This document shows, one piece after another, positions 30,453-39,794 of a stretch of DNA of 64,000 nucleotides. Numbering within the stretch: the stretch's first letter is position 1; the number at the start of each line of letters is the position of its first letter. Both the position numbers and the translations under genes were made by a program. Source of the stretch: Candidatus Kapaibacterium sp. (lineage in GTDB: Bacteria > Bacteroidota > Ignavibacteria > Kapaibacteriales > UBA2268); contig OY762428.1 of assembly GCA_963665665.1 (NCBI GenBank), positions 2,976,001-3,040,000 of the forward strand, given 5' to 3'. The notes beneath the pieces are model-generated. The model saw only the letters and a list, made by a program, of their open reading frames with translations, had not been told where the DNA came from and did not search any database.

Positions 30453-30641
30453 ATGTCTGTTAAAAGGAAAGACCTGATAAAATATCTTGTTTTGAACGGG
30501 TTTTATTTTCTACGGGAAGGTTCCAATCATTCAATTTACAGTAATGACAGCAAAATCATTCCGGTTAAAAGGCACAAACAATTTGATCGTATTACAGCAA
30601 ATGAAATTTGCAAGCAGGCCGGACTGGATAAGAAATTTTAA
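30453..30641 (+). CDS. hicA: HicA family toxin
   Basis: KRKDLIKYL...GFYFLREGSNHSIY...IPVKRH...ICKQAGL. Confidence 0.88.
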   Translation: MSVKRKDLIKYLVLNGFYFLREGSNHSIYSNDSKIIPVKRHKQFDRITANEICKQAGLDKKF

Positions 30642-30855
30642 AATTATAGCAAAGAGAATTTCAATTATTTCTGAAATACTATGTTTTACTTCGCAAAGCC
30701 GTTTCCAATAGAAGCGCACAAAAACTATTTCCAGTTTAATTTTGCTGGGAATTATTCTTCCCAGGCAGGAGCTTGGCAAGCAGGAAATTTATACTCCACT
30801 TCTTCGGCGGACATGAATAAACAGACTTACTATGCGGAAATGTTCTTAACAATGA

Positions 30856-31914
30856 TCAAATATCATAATCAACAATAACATCATCAGTCAGCGGATGTGC
30901 CTGGCAGGAAAGAATATACCCGCTCTCAATTTCATCATCGGTGAGCGCTTCGCTTTCATCCATTTTCACTTTGCCGGAAATTAGCTTTGCGCGGCAGGTT
31001 GAACATGCTCCTATCTGGCAACTGAAGGGCGGCTCGTGGCCTTCCCGCATGGCGGCTGTAAGAATCGTTTCATCAGGCTCAACTTCGTATTCCAGTTCCT
31101 CGCCATAAAGGTTAATAGTAACATTTCTTGTCTTTAGCAGCAGATTATCATTTTCTTTAGTTTCAATATCATCAGCAACGAAGGATTCTTTGTGGATTTG
31201 TGAATCTGGTATTCCGAGTTCTTTCAGCCCGGAAATAATTATTTTCATCAAAGCCGGAGGGCCGCATAAGAAGTACCCGGCATCAATATAATCTTGTTCA
31301 GCATATTCTTTAAGAGCTTTAACTGTTATTTCGGCAGTGAATTTTCCTTTTAAATGCTGATAATCATTGCCCGGATCGCTAAGAAAATGAATTATCTCAA
31401 ATTTTTTATTATACTCTTTTTGCAGGCATTCTAATTCATTTTTAAATATTATGCTGTTCTCATCCCTGTTTGCATAAAAAAGTAATATTTTTCTGGCATT
31501 TCCTTCCGTCAAATTTTGTTTTATCATAGATTTCAAAGGGGTAATACCGCTTCCGCCGGCAAACATTATCATTGATTTATTTTTTATCAGATCCTTCTCT
31601 GCTGTAAACCTGCCCTCGGGCGGCATAATATTTAACTTTGCCCCGGGAAATATTCTTGTATTAAGATAATCCGAAACGCCGTCAGGATTTGTAGTTTTTA
31701 TTGTTATAGACAGGTTTTCCTCAAAAGGAGCCGACGAGATAGAATAGGCTCTGCGTTCTTCTTTTCCATCAAAATCAATAACTATAGTTATATACTGGCC
31801 TGCCTTATATTCAAATTCAGGCTTGATTTCATCCGGAATTTTGAACATAATCGTTACGGCATCTCTGGTTTCTTTTCTTACTTCGGATATTTCAAGTTCA
31901 TAAAATTTATTCAT
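30856..31914 (-). CDS. FAD/NAD(P)-binding oxidoreductase with C-terminal 2Fe-2S ferredoxin (PaaE/PaaK-like)
   Basis: AGQYIT, RRAYSISS, AGGSGITP, FLCGP, FSCQIGACSTC, LSCQ. Confidence 0.9.
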   Translation of the reverse strand: MNKFYELEISEVRKETRDAVTIMFKIPDEIKPEFEYKAGQYITIVIDFDGKEERRAYSISSAPFEENLSITIKTTNPDGVSDYLNTRIFPGAKLNIMPPEGRFTAEKDLIKNKSMIMFAGGSGITPLKSMIKQNLTEGNARKILLFYANRDENSIIFKNELECLQKEYNKKFEIIHFLSDPGNDYQHLKGKFTAEITVKALKEYAEQDYIDAGYFLCGPPALMKIIISGLKELGIPDSQIHKESFVADDIETKENDNLLLKTRNVTINLYGEELEYEVEPDETILTAAMREGHEPPFSCQIGACSTCRAKLISGKVKMDESEALTDDEIESGYILSCQAHPLTDDVIVDYDI

Positions 31915-32239
31915 ATATCTATTGCTCTTTTTCTCGGTAAAAATTAGTATTCAAATTATTAAAGTATCTTTTACTTATCTGGCTTTTAGACTATAACTAT
32001 TATGAATTATTGTAGATAGGGATATTTGCCGGGAGCTGCTATATTATTTGTTGGAAATATTCCTTAACATCAACGATTTATCTGATTAGTTCTCTTTAAA
32101 GTAAAATTTTCATTAAGATTCTATCATAATAGTAATTATTTTTGAATTTTACTATTTAATCGTTGATTTGTTATTCTTTTTTTCATAAATTCAGGACTTA
32201 AGTCCTTAATCAGTTTTTTTAATTAGGAGTTTATTTAAT

Positions 32240-35185
32240 ATGTTCAAAACAAGAATTTCTGTACTGCTTGCGATGGCAGTCCTGCTCGTTTTTACAGCCT
32301 GCTCCAAGAAGGAAGCCGGCTACGCTGTGAAGCAGGAAACCGACAAGAACGGCTACAAGTACGAAGCTGTTGAAAACGACCCTTACGGGCTGAGAATCTA
32401 CACACTCGAAAATGGCCTGAAAGTTTACCTTGCCGTGAACAAAGATGCTCCGCGCGTACAGACTTACATTGCAGTTAAAGCCGGTTCCACTTATGACCCA
32501 TCCGAAACCACCGGCCTTGCTCACTATCTTGAACACATGATGTTCAAAGGATCCGATGAAATTGCCACCGTTAACTGGGAAGAAGAAAAAGTTCTGCTTG
32601 AAACAATATCCGATCTCTACGAGCAGCACAAAGCAACAGACGATCCCGAAGAAAAGAAAGCTATCTACAGAAAAATTGACAGTGTTTCCAATGTAGCCGC
32701 GCAGTTTGCTGCTGCCAATGAATACGACAAAATGGTATCTTCTATCGGTGCATCAGGTACAAATGCCTACACAACGCACGAGAGAACCGTTTATATGAAC
32801 AATGTTCCTTCCAATGAACTTGACAAATGGATGCAGCTTGAAAGTGAACGCTTCAGCCAGCTGGTTCTCAGGTTGTTCCACACTGAACTTGAAACAGTTT
32901 ATGAAGAATTCAATATGTACCAGGATTACGACTGGGCAAAAGCTGATGAAACCCTTCTTGAGAATCTTTTTCCCAAACATCCATACGGCCAGCAAACAAC
33001 TATCGGCAAGCCGGAACACCTTAAAAATCCGTCGATGGTTAATATTCATAATTACCACGACACATACTACGTGCCTAACAATATGGCAGTTTGTCTTTCC
33101 GGTGATTTTGATATGGAAGAAACTATCAAGATGATTGATAACCATTTTGGGAAACTGAAACCAAATGATAACCTGAAAAAGAACGAACTACCAAAAGAAG
33201 ATCCGATAACAGCGCCTGTTATTAAGGAAGTTCTCGGGCCGGATGAAGAGTCTCTTACATTTGCTTATCGCTTTGACGGTTATAATTCCACCGACCGCAA
33301 ATATGTAACAATGATTGATTATATGCTGAACAACAGCAAGGCAGGCCTTATAGATCTGGACCTGGTTCAGAGCCAGAAAGTTCTTTCGGCTGGTTGCAAT
33401 ACAACATTCCTGAAGGATTACGGGTATCATGAATTCATGGGACGTCCGAGGGAAGGCCAGACTCTTGAAGAAGTACGCGATCTTATCCTTAACGAAATTG
33501 AAAAGATCAAAAAAGGCGAATTCGAAGACTGGCTGCCCGAAGCAGTTGTTAATAATATGAAACTCAGCCGTATGAGGTCAGTTGAAAGTAATGGCCGTGC
33601 TCATACCTTCGCAGTTAACTTCACAAATGAATCTACCTGGAAAGCATATCTTGAATTTCTTGATGAGCTTTCAAAGATAACTAAAGAGGAAATCGTAAAA
33701 TTTGCCAAAGAACATTATAAAGACAACTATGTATGTGTATTTAAACGTACCGGCAAAGACGAAAACATCGTGAAAGTTGAAAAACCGGAAATGACACCGG
33801 TTGATATCAATCGTGAGCTGGAATCAGAATTTTTCAAGAATTTCAAAGAGATCAAAACAGAAGAAATTCAGCCTGTATTCGTGGATTTCAAGAAAGAAAT
33901 TTCTACAAAGAAACTTGGCGATATTCAGTATGATTATATCAAAAACAAAACTAATAAACTGTTCAGCCTTTATTATGTTTTTGACATGGGACGCGACAAC
34001 ATGAGGGAGCTTTCCCTGGCTTTCTCCTACCTGAAATATCTCGGTACAGACAAATATACCCCCGAGGATATACAGAAAGAATTCTACAAATTGGGCCTTA
34101 ACTTTGGTGTTTCTGCAGAAGATAATCGCTCCTACGTTTATTTTTCAGGTTTGGAAGACAATTTCGAAAAAGGTATTGAACTCTTCGAACACCTTCTGGC
34201 AAATTGTAAACCAGACCAGGCAAAATACGATGATAAAGTTAAAGATATCCTGAAGAATAGGGCTAATAACAAACTTGACAAAGGCTCTATTCTTTGGGGC
34301 GGACTTTACCATTATGGAAAATTTGGTAAGTTCTCTCCGTATACCAACAAATTTACTGAGGAAGAACTGATCAATTTCGATATTAATAAACTTACCGACC
34401 TGATACACGACGTATCTTCATATAAGCACAAAATGTTCCTTTATGCACAGATGGACCAGGATGCTGCCGGCAAGATTATTGAAAAATATCACAAGGTTCC
34501 CGAAACTCTTAAAGATTATCCCAAACCGATTGAATACCCTGAGCTGAATATTGATAAAAACCAGGTTTATTTCGTAGATTACGATATGGTTCAGACTAAT
34601 ATAGTTATGCTGACAAAGGATGTTCCCTTTGATATGACTCTTATGCCTCAGGCAAAGATATTCAACGAATACTTTGGCGGCGGTTTGTCTTCAATAGTAT
34701 TCCAGGAAATAAGGGAATCCAAAGCATTGGCATATTCTGCATTTGCAGTTTATTCTCAGCCGGTTGAAAAGGATAAATCATTTTATACTTACGGATTTGT
34801 TGGCACCCAGCCTGACAAAATGAAAATTGCCACGGATGCGCTGCTTGAATTAATGAACGATATGCCAAAGGCTGAAAAACAGTTCAATGCTGCTAAAGAA
34901 TCCATTATCAAAAAATACCAGACTTCCAGGCTTATTAAGTCCTCTGCTTACTGGACTTACCTGAGGAACCTTAAATTAGGAATTGATTACGACGTGCGCG
35001 AAAATATTTATAATTCGGTACAGAAAAGTACATTGGATGACCTCGGTAAATTCTTTGACGACCATATCAAAGGCAGGAAATATACATTCCTCGTAATTGG
35101 AAATAAGAAAGATATCGACTTCAATGTTCTTGGCAAATTAGGCCCTGTAACCGAGCTGACACTTGAAGAGATTTTCGGCTATTAA
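32240..35185 (+). CDS. M16 family zinc peptidase (insulinase-like), lipoprotein
   Basis: Lipobox FTAC, TGLAHYLEHMMFKG (HxxEH), NAYT, FQEIRESKALAYS. Confidence 0.92.
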   Translation: MFKTRISVLLAMAVLLVFTACSKKEAGYAVKQETDKNGYKYEAVENDPYGLRIYTLENGLKVYLAVNKDAPRVQTYIAVKAGSTYDPSETTGLAHYLEHMMFKGSDEIATVNWEEEKVLLETISDLYEQHKATDDPEEKKAIYRKIDSVSNVAAQFAAANEYDKMVSSIGASGTNAYTTHERTVYMNNVPSNELDKWMQLESERFSQLVLRLFHTELETVYEEFNMYQDYDWAKADETLLENLFPKHPYGQQTTIGKPEHLKNPSMVNIHNYHDTYYVPNNMAVCLSGDFDMEETIKMIDNHFGKLKPNDNLKKNELPKEDPITAPVIKEVLGPDEESLTFAYRFDGYNSTDRKYVTMIDYMLNNSKAGLIDLDLVQSQKVLSAGCNTTFLKDYGYHEFMGRPREGQTLEEVRDLILNEIEKIKKGEFEDWLPEAVVNNMKLSRMRSVESNGRAHTFAVNFTNESTWKAYLEFLDELSKITKEEIVKFAKEHYKDNYVCVFKRTGKDENIVKVEKPEMTPVDINRELESEFFKNFKEIKTEEIQPVFVDFKKEISTKKLGDIQYDYIKNKTNKLFSLYYVFDMGRDNMRELSLAFSYLKYLGTDKYTPEDIQKEFYKLGLNFGVSAEDNRSYVYFSGLEDNFEKGIELFEHLLANCKPDQAKYDDKVKDILKNRANNKLDKGSILWGGLYHYGKFGKFSPYTNKFTEEELINFDINKLTDLIHDVSSYKHKMFLYAQMDQDAAGKIIEKYHKVPETLKDYPKPIEYPELNIDKNQVYFVDYDMVQTNIVMLTKDVPFDMTLMPQAKIFNEYFGGGLSSIVFQEIRESKALAYSAFAVYSQPVEKDKSFYTYGFVGTQPDKMKIATDALLELMNDMPKAEKQFNAAKESIIKKYQTSRLIKSSAYWTYLRNLKLGIDYDVRENIYNSVQKSTLDDLGKFFDDHIKGRKYTFLVIGNKKDIDFNVLGKLGPVTELTLEEIFGY

Positions 35186-35218
35186 TAAATAACAATTAAA
35201 TAGTTGACATTGAATTAC

Positions 35219-35258
35219 ACTCATCCGATGGCTTTAAGCCATTGGATGAGTTTTTTTT
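35219..35258 (+). terminator. Intrinsic terminator formed by a REP-like hairpin
   Basis: ACTCATCCGATGGCT-tta-AGCCATTGGATGAGT followed by a T-run. Confidence 0.75.
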
Positions 35259-35396
35259 AAAATCCTGACAAGTAATATAGTTATAAAAATAGAAATACTT
35301 GTGAAAAATAATTAAGATTATTTGTTTTTTTTCTTGCTTTTTTATTTTCTTTTAATTAACTTTATTCAAATTCATATTTCGAATTGAAAACAGTGG

Positions 35397-35538
35397 AGCC
35401 AATGCTTTTATTAAGCCAATGCTTTTATTAAGCCAATGCTTTTATTAAGCCAATGCTTTTATTAAGCCAATGCTTTTATTAAGCCAATGCTTTTATTAAG
35501 CCAATGCTTTTATTAAGCCAATGCTTTTATTAAGCCAA
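35397..35538. repeat. VNTR: 8 perfect copies of 17-bp AGCCAATGCTTTTATTA plus a partial copy
   Basis: Counted directly; no spacers. Confidence 0.95.
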
Positions 35539-35771
35539 AATTATTGGAGGTTGAAATGAACAGAAGCCCGTAACAAAAATTATCCCCATAACAGCAATAA
35601 TAAAAAGGCCGGGGAAAGCCCCGACCCCACATTGACTCTACGTCCAAGCAAAGGAATATTATAGAGGACAATGTGCCTTGTTTTTCAGACGCTCTTACGT
35701 TTGCTGTATTGCTTTGCAGTAAATGCAATGAAATTTTCAAAAAATGTAAAAATAACAAAATAGTGTGATAT

Positions 35772-36365
35772 ATGAAAAAGACTATATTTTTAGTAATAGC
35801 AGTATTAGTATTTTCGTTTAGTTTAAGCCAAAATTTGAATGCTCAATGTGATCCTCCATGGGAAGTTTATTCTATTAACGGTAACTGGAAGGGTTGTGAT
35901 TATACAATATATTATTGCGTTTTGACCGATGCATCAGGTATTACTCATAGTAAAGTAGCGAAAATTAAAGCAGATATATTTTGTGCTGAAGATATTTTAA
36001 ATGACCAAGATTTTTGGGCTTCTCTATCTGATATTGTATTGTACCATATGCTTGATAACGCAGAATTTTCACCATGTCCTTTAAATTCATATAATCTCGT
36101 TATCAGCAGAGCTGAATGTTGGAAAGTTCATAATAAACCGCATGATACAATTTGTGAATTTTTGACTTGTGGTGAAATTGGTGAGTGCATTAAAGGCTAC
36201 AAAGTTTGTACTGATTATCTTCAAATCCCCCCTCAAAATATCTGGGAACTTGTTTTTACACAAGCAACTACTTCAGAAATGTGTTCCGAAACATGGCCTG
36301 ATTTTAGTCAATATGATTGGACACAAGAATGGGAAACATTTTGTTTCATAATTTCTTGTGATTGA
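35772..36365 (+). CDS. Secreted cysteine-rich hypothetical protein
   Basis: Sec signal peptide ending NLNA-Q; 13 Cys in the mature region. Confidence 0.8.
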   Translation: MKKTIFLVIAVLVFSFSLSQNLNAQCDPPWEVYSINGNWKGCDYTIYYCVLTDASGITHSKVAKIKADIFCAEDILNDQDFWASLSDIVLYHMLDNAEFSPCPLNSYNLVISRAECWKVHNKPHDTICEFLTCGEIGECIKGYKVCTDYLQIPPQNIWELVFTQATTSEMCSETWPDFSQYDWTQEWETFCFIISCD

Positions 36366-36375
36366 TAAATTGTTT

Positions 36376-36403
36376 TCACCCGATTAATTCAATAATCGGG
36401 TGA
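36376..36403 (+). promoter_or_regulatory. Intercistronic hairpin TCACCCGATTA-attcaa-TAATCGGGTGA
   Basis: Perfect 11-bp stem between two co-oriented genes, without a T-run. Confidence 0.55.
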
Positions 36404-36429
36404 TTATGTTAAATTATGTAGGTTTAACA

Positions 36430-38664
36430 ATGAAAAAGATATTACCGTTATTCTTACTGATTGTATATATTTCCAATGCCGGTTTGAAATTTGATTATCA
36501 GCGGCTGGATATGCATTACGACGGCTTGGTTTTTAATAATAATTACATATTTTTTTACGGGGCTAATAATTCTATTGCAAGAACTGATTTGAATAATGAA
36601 AACTGGGAATTGATAAAAATCATTAACGAGGAAACCGATATTATCAAAATCAGGAATGAAGATAGCGGTTTTTACGGTATATCCGAACAATCTGTTTTTA
36701 GGTTGAACAGTGAAGGTAAACCATTGAATACAAAATCTTTTGAAGCAGTTTCGGAATTTAAAGATGTAATCAAACTTGATAATAATTTCTTGATTCTTAA
36801 TGAGAACAGTATTGATATTCTTGATAATGATTTTGAAAAAATAAATTCCGTTTTTTTTAATGAAAATATTGTAACAACTAAAATGGAATTATTCAACGAT
36901 AATCTGATTGTCGGTACAACAAACGGTTCGCTTTATTCATTTGTTAATGGAATTGATAACCAGCCTGAAATATTTGATTTTGTAGAAAAGGGTTTGATTG
37001 ACAGCAGCAGTAATGTTTCAAATTTTAAGATTAACAACAATTATTTGTTTTTTTCTTTAAATAATAAAATATATAAAACCACGGATATGTCTTCGTTTGA
37101 AGAAATTATTAGTCATTCAAATAATTATAATGTAATCAAGGATACATTATTTTGTTTAAAATTTGATCAAAAAAATATCGGGGCAGTAAACGATCAAATA
37201 AAGTTTTACAGAAATATTGACAACAATATTGAACAGATTAGTAATCCTAATTTAAAGCGATATTTTGACTTGATAATTTCCACAGGTTTCGAATTTATTA
37301 CACCTGATATTATTTTTGCTTTTGGTTTTGACAATTTAATTTTAAAATCATCCGATGGTGGTATAAATTGGAATGTGGTATCATATTATAAACCCGGATT
37401 AGATATTCATTGGGTTAATAATCAAACAGCATATAATTCTAATATTTCGGGAGTTGTTTACAAAACTACAAATGGAGGTATTACCTGGAAGTCACAAAAA
37501 AAAATGGATTTTGATATTAAAAATTGGGCTTTTGATTATTGTTCATATTTTGATGATAGTGGTAAAGGTGTATTGTTTGGTTCCTTGACACAAAAAGGTT
37601 ATCCAAACGTGCTTTATACAAATGATAGCGGCAATACTTTCGATACTACATATATTGAAGAATTGGGGCACTATAGTTTCTCAAGTTATGAGGCGCCATT
37701 AATAAAACATGGTAGTGATTACAAATTATTCTATGCCGGAAATTACAATAATTGGAGTTATACTTTGCTGTTCACTATATCTGATGATTTCAAGTATGCA
37801 AAAAAAGAAAGAATTGATTCTTTGCATTTTTGGGTTATAAAAAAATACAATAACCATTATTATGCTCTTGTACGAGATATGAGACACGATGACGGACAAG
37901 AACCTGATACTTGCGTTTATCACATTCTAAAATCCATTGATCCTGGTATTAACTGGGATACTGTTGTAACAATGAGAACATTGGATACTATTATTCACTA
38001 TATGGATGTAATTGATGGCTACGCATATCTTGGCGGTATATATTGGACAGGACGTGAGGACACATCAAGTTATCATGTGCTATATTTAGTTAATATTGAT
38101 AATCGAAGTCATAAGTTATTGAAATTTGATAATATGGGAGCATATAATTCTTTTTTCAAATATAGAAATGATATTGTTACTGGTGCTAAAAATGGGATTA
38201 TGATCTGTTCAGATATTAAAAAGGATCCCTGGAATTGGGACTTAAAATCTATTCCGGGACAAACCATATGGTTTATTAAAGGTTTTTTTGACAATACAAT
38301 GTATGCTTATACCCTTGACAGACATTTCCTTAAATTCACATTCCACGAAGATACACCAGTAGAAGAATCAGGGGCAGAAGTAATAAAAATGTTCAACTAT
38401 CCTCCATATCCACAACCTGCAAACAACCATGTTAGTACGGAAATATACTGGGACAGCAGGTACGATATGCAAAACGCCACAATAACCGTGCACGACTACA
38501 CGGGCAAAACAATCAGAAAACCCGGAGAGATAAGCGTAAATAAAATGAATGTATATCACGGCGAAATAATCTGGGATTGTTCCTCAGTCTCATCAGGAGT
38601 GTATTTTATTAATATCCGTCTTGGCGGCACAACAAGGACTGTGCCGGTGGTTGTAGGGCGGTGA
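36430..38664 (+). CDS. T9SS-secreted protein with BNR/Asp-box (YCF48-like beta-propeller) repeats
   Basis: KSSDGGINW, KTTNGGITW, YTNDSGNTF, KSIDPGINW. C-terminus PYPQPA...SSGVYFINI...VVVGR. Start moved to ATG 36430. Confidence 0.82.
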   Translation: MKKILPLFLLIVYISNAGLKFDYQRLDMHYDGLVFNNNYIFFYGANNSIARTDLNNENWELIKIINEETDIIKIRNEDSGFYGISEQSVFRLNSEGKPLNTKSFEAVSEFKDVIKLDNNFLILNENSIDILDNDFEKINSVFFNENIVTTKMELFNDNLIVGTTNGSLYSFVNGIDNQPEIFDFVEKGLIDSSSNVSNFKINNNYLFFSLNNKIYKTTDMSSFEEIISHSNNYNVIKDTLFCLKFDQKNIGAVNDQIKFYRNIDNNIEQISNPNLKRYFDLIISTGFEFITPDIIFAFGFDNLILKSSDGGINWNVVSYYKPGLDIHWVNNQTAYNSNISGVVYKTTNGGITWKSQKKMDFDIKNWAFDYCSYFDDSGKGVLFGSLTQKGYPNVLYTNDSGNTFDTTYIEELGHYSFSSYEAPLIKHGSDYKLFYAGNYNNWSYTLLFTISDDFKYAKKERIDSLHFWVIKKYNNHYYALVRDMRHDDGQEPDTCVYHILKSIDPGINWDTVVTMRTLDTIIHYMDVIDGYAYLGGIYWTGREDTSSYHVLYLVNIDNRSHKLLKFDNMGAYNSFFKYRNDIVTGAKNGIMICSDIKKDPWNWDLKSIPGQTIWFIKGFFDNTMYAYTLDRHFLKFTFHEDTPVEESGAEVIKMFNYPPYPQPANNHVSTEIYWDSRYDMQNATITVHDYTGKTIRKPGEISVNKMNVYHGEIIWDCSSVSSGVYFINIRLGGTTRTVPVVVGR

Positions 38665-38755
38665 TTATTTTCCGGGGATTGATAATTTTTTGGGGTAGTA
38701 TAGGTTTAAATTATTTGTTTGAGTAAGGAAGATAACTGAACCAAATAATTGGTTG

Positions 38756-38966
38756 CTACTCAGCTAAGATGATATTATTCTGTTTTGAAAAGAATAATTG
38801 AGAAATTGTAATTACCCGATTTGTCGGGGCAGGCTTTCAGAGCTTGCGATAGAAGAATACACTTGTATTTTGTATAAAAATATGAAGAACAGACTCTTCG
38901 TTGCTCTCAGAGTAACATTTCCTGGATTTTTAAACATCTGACATGTTTTCCTTTTATGCTGAGTTG
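38756..38966. mobile_element. MITE/REPIN-like element, copy 1
   Basis: Ends CTACTCAGC...GCTGAGTTG are inverted. Contains an internal inverted REP pair and is collinear with 58565-58763. Confidence 0.65.
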
Positions 38967-38993
38967 TTACTCTTTTCATTACGAATAAAAACA

Positions 38994-39020
38994 AAAAAGC
39001 TCCGAAAATCGGAGCTTTTT
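38994..39020 (-). terminator. Intrinsic (likely bidirectional) terminator downstream of secG
   Basis: AAAAAGCTCCGA-aaa-TCGGAGCTTTTT. Confidence 0.8.
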
Positions 39021-39046
39021 AAAATATTTTATTCTAACCGGAATTC

Positions 39047-39421
39047 TTATTTATCAGAATCCTTCTTGTCCTTTGCCGGTGCTGGTTTGCTTTCCGGAGC
39101 AGCCTGTGGTACAGTCTGAAGCGGCATTTGCGGTGACTCTATAGGAGCTGCAACACCTTCAGTAACCGGTTTTTTAACTTCTGTTTCAGAACCAACAAAG
39201 AAGAGATTTGTGATCAGGGCAATTGCTGCGATAACGCCGGCAAGAACCATCGTGATTTTCTGAAGTGTATCCATCATCTGTTTAGCGCCAAAAACCGAAC
39301 TCATCTGGCCGGTAAGCCCGCTGAGGCCCGAAGCCATATCGCTCTTGCCCGGCTGTGCCAAAACAACAATTATCAGAAGTATAGATGCTATTATTGCCAA
39401 AATTGAAAAAACTACTATCAT
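39047..39421 (-). CDS. secG: Preprotein translocase subunit SecG
   Basis: LLIIVVLAQPGKS...SSVFGAKQMMDTLQKIT, two TM segments, Pro-rich tail. Confidence 0.88.
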   Translation of the reverse strand: MIVVFSILAIIASILLIIVVLAQPGKSDMASGLSGLTGQMSSVFGAKQMMDTLQKITMVLAGVIAAIALITNLFFVGSETEVKKPVTEGVAAPIESPQMPLQTVPQAAPESKPAPAKDKKDSDK

Positions 39422-39794
39422 TTTTCTATATCCAAACTTTTCAATAATCACTAAAAAACTGAATTACTAAAATATGGACAAAAGCTTAATTTTCAAAACA
39501 TTTTTTTTTATTTTTCAATTTGTACTATATTTTTTCATTCTTTCCTATCCGAAAATTCAAGTCGATGAAGTGTTGAAATTATTTTATTTTCTGTTTGGGA
39601 ATTGAATTTAATCAGCCTTGAACATTTATAATTGTTGCAATACCGGGTATCCGGGGGTGTAATGATGTTTTAAGATTTTTTTAGTAATTACTGCCAATGA
39701 GAAATTGCCAGTTTTGTTTCTTTTTTTGTAAATTTAAGAATAAATTGAAATTGACGAGAGAAATATTAATTTTAAATATATCGGGGCGCTCAAA

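Noticed and set aside
35397-35538. Possible CRISPR array or plasmid iterons
   Set aside because: Head-to-tail perfect repeats without spacers, no rep gene, and a chromosomal housekeeping context.
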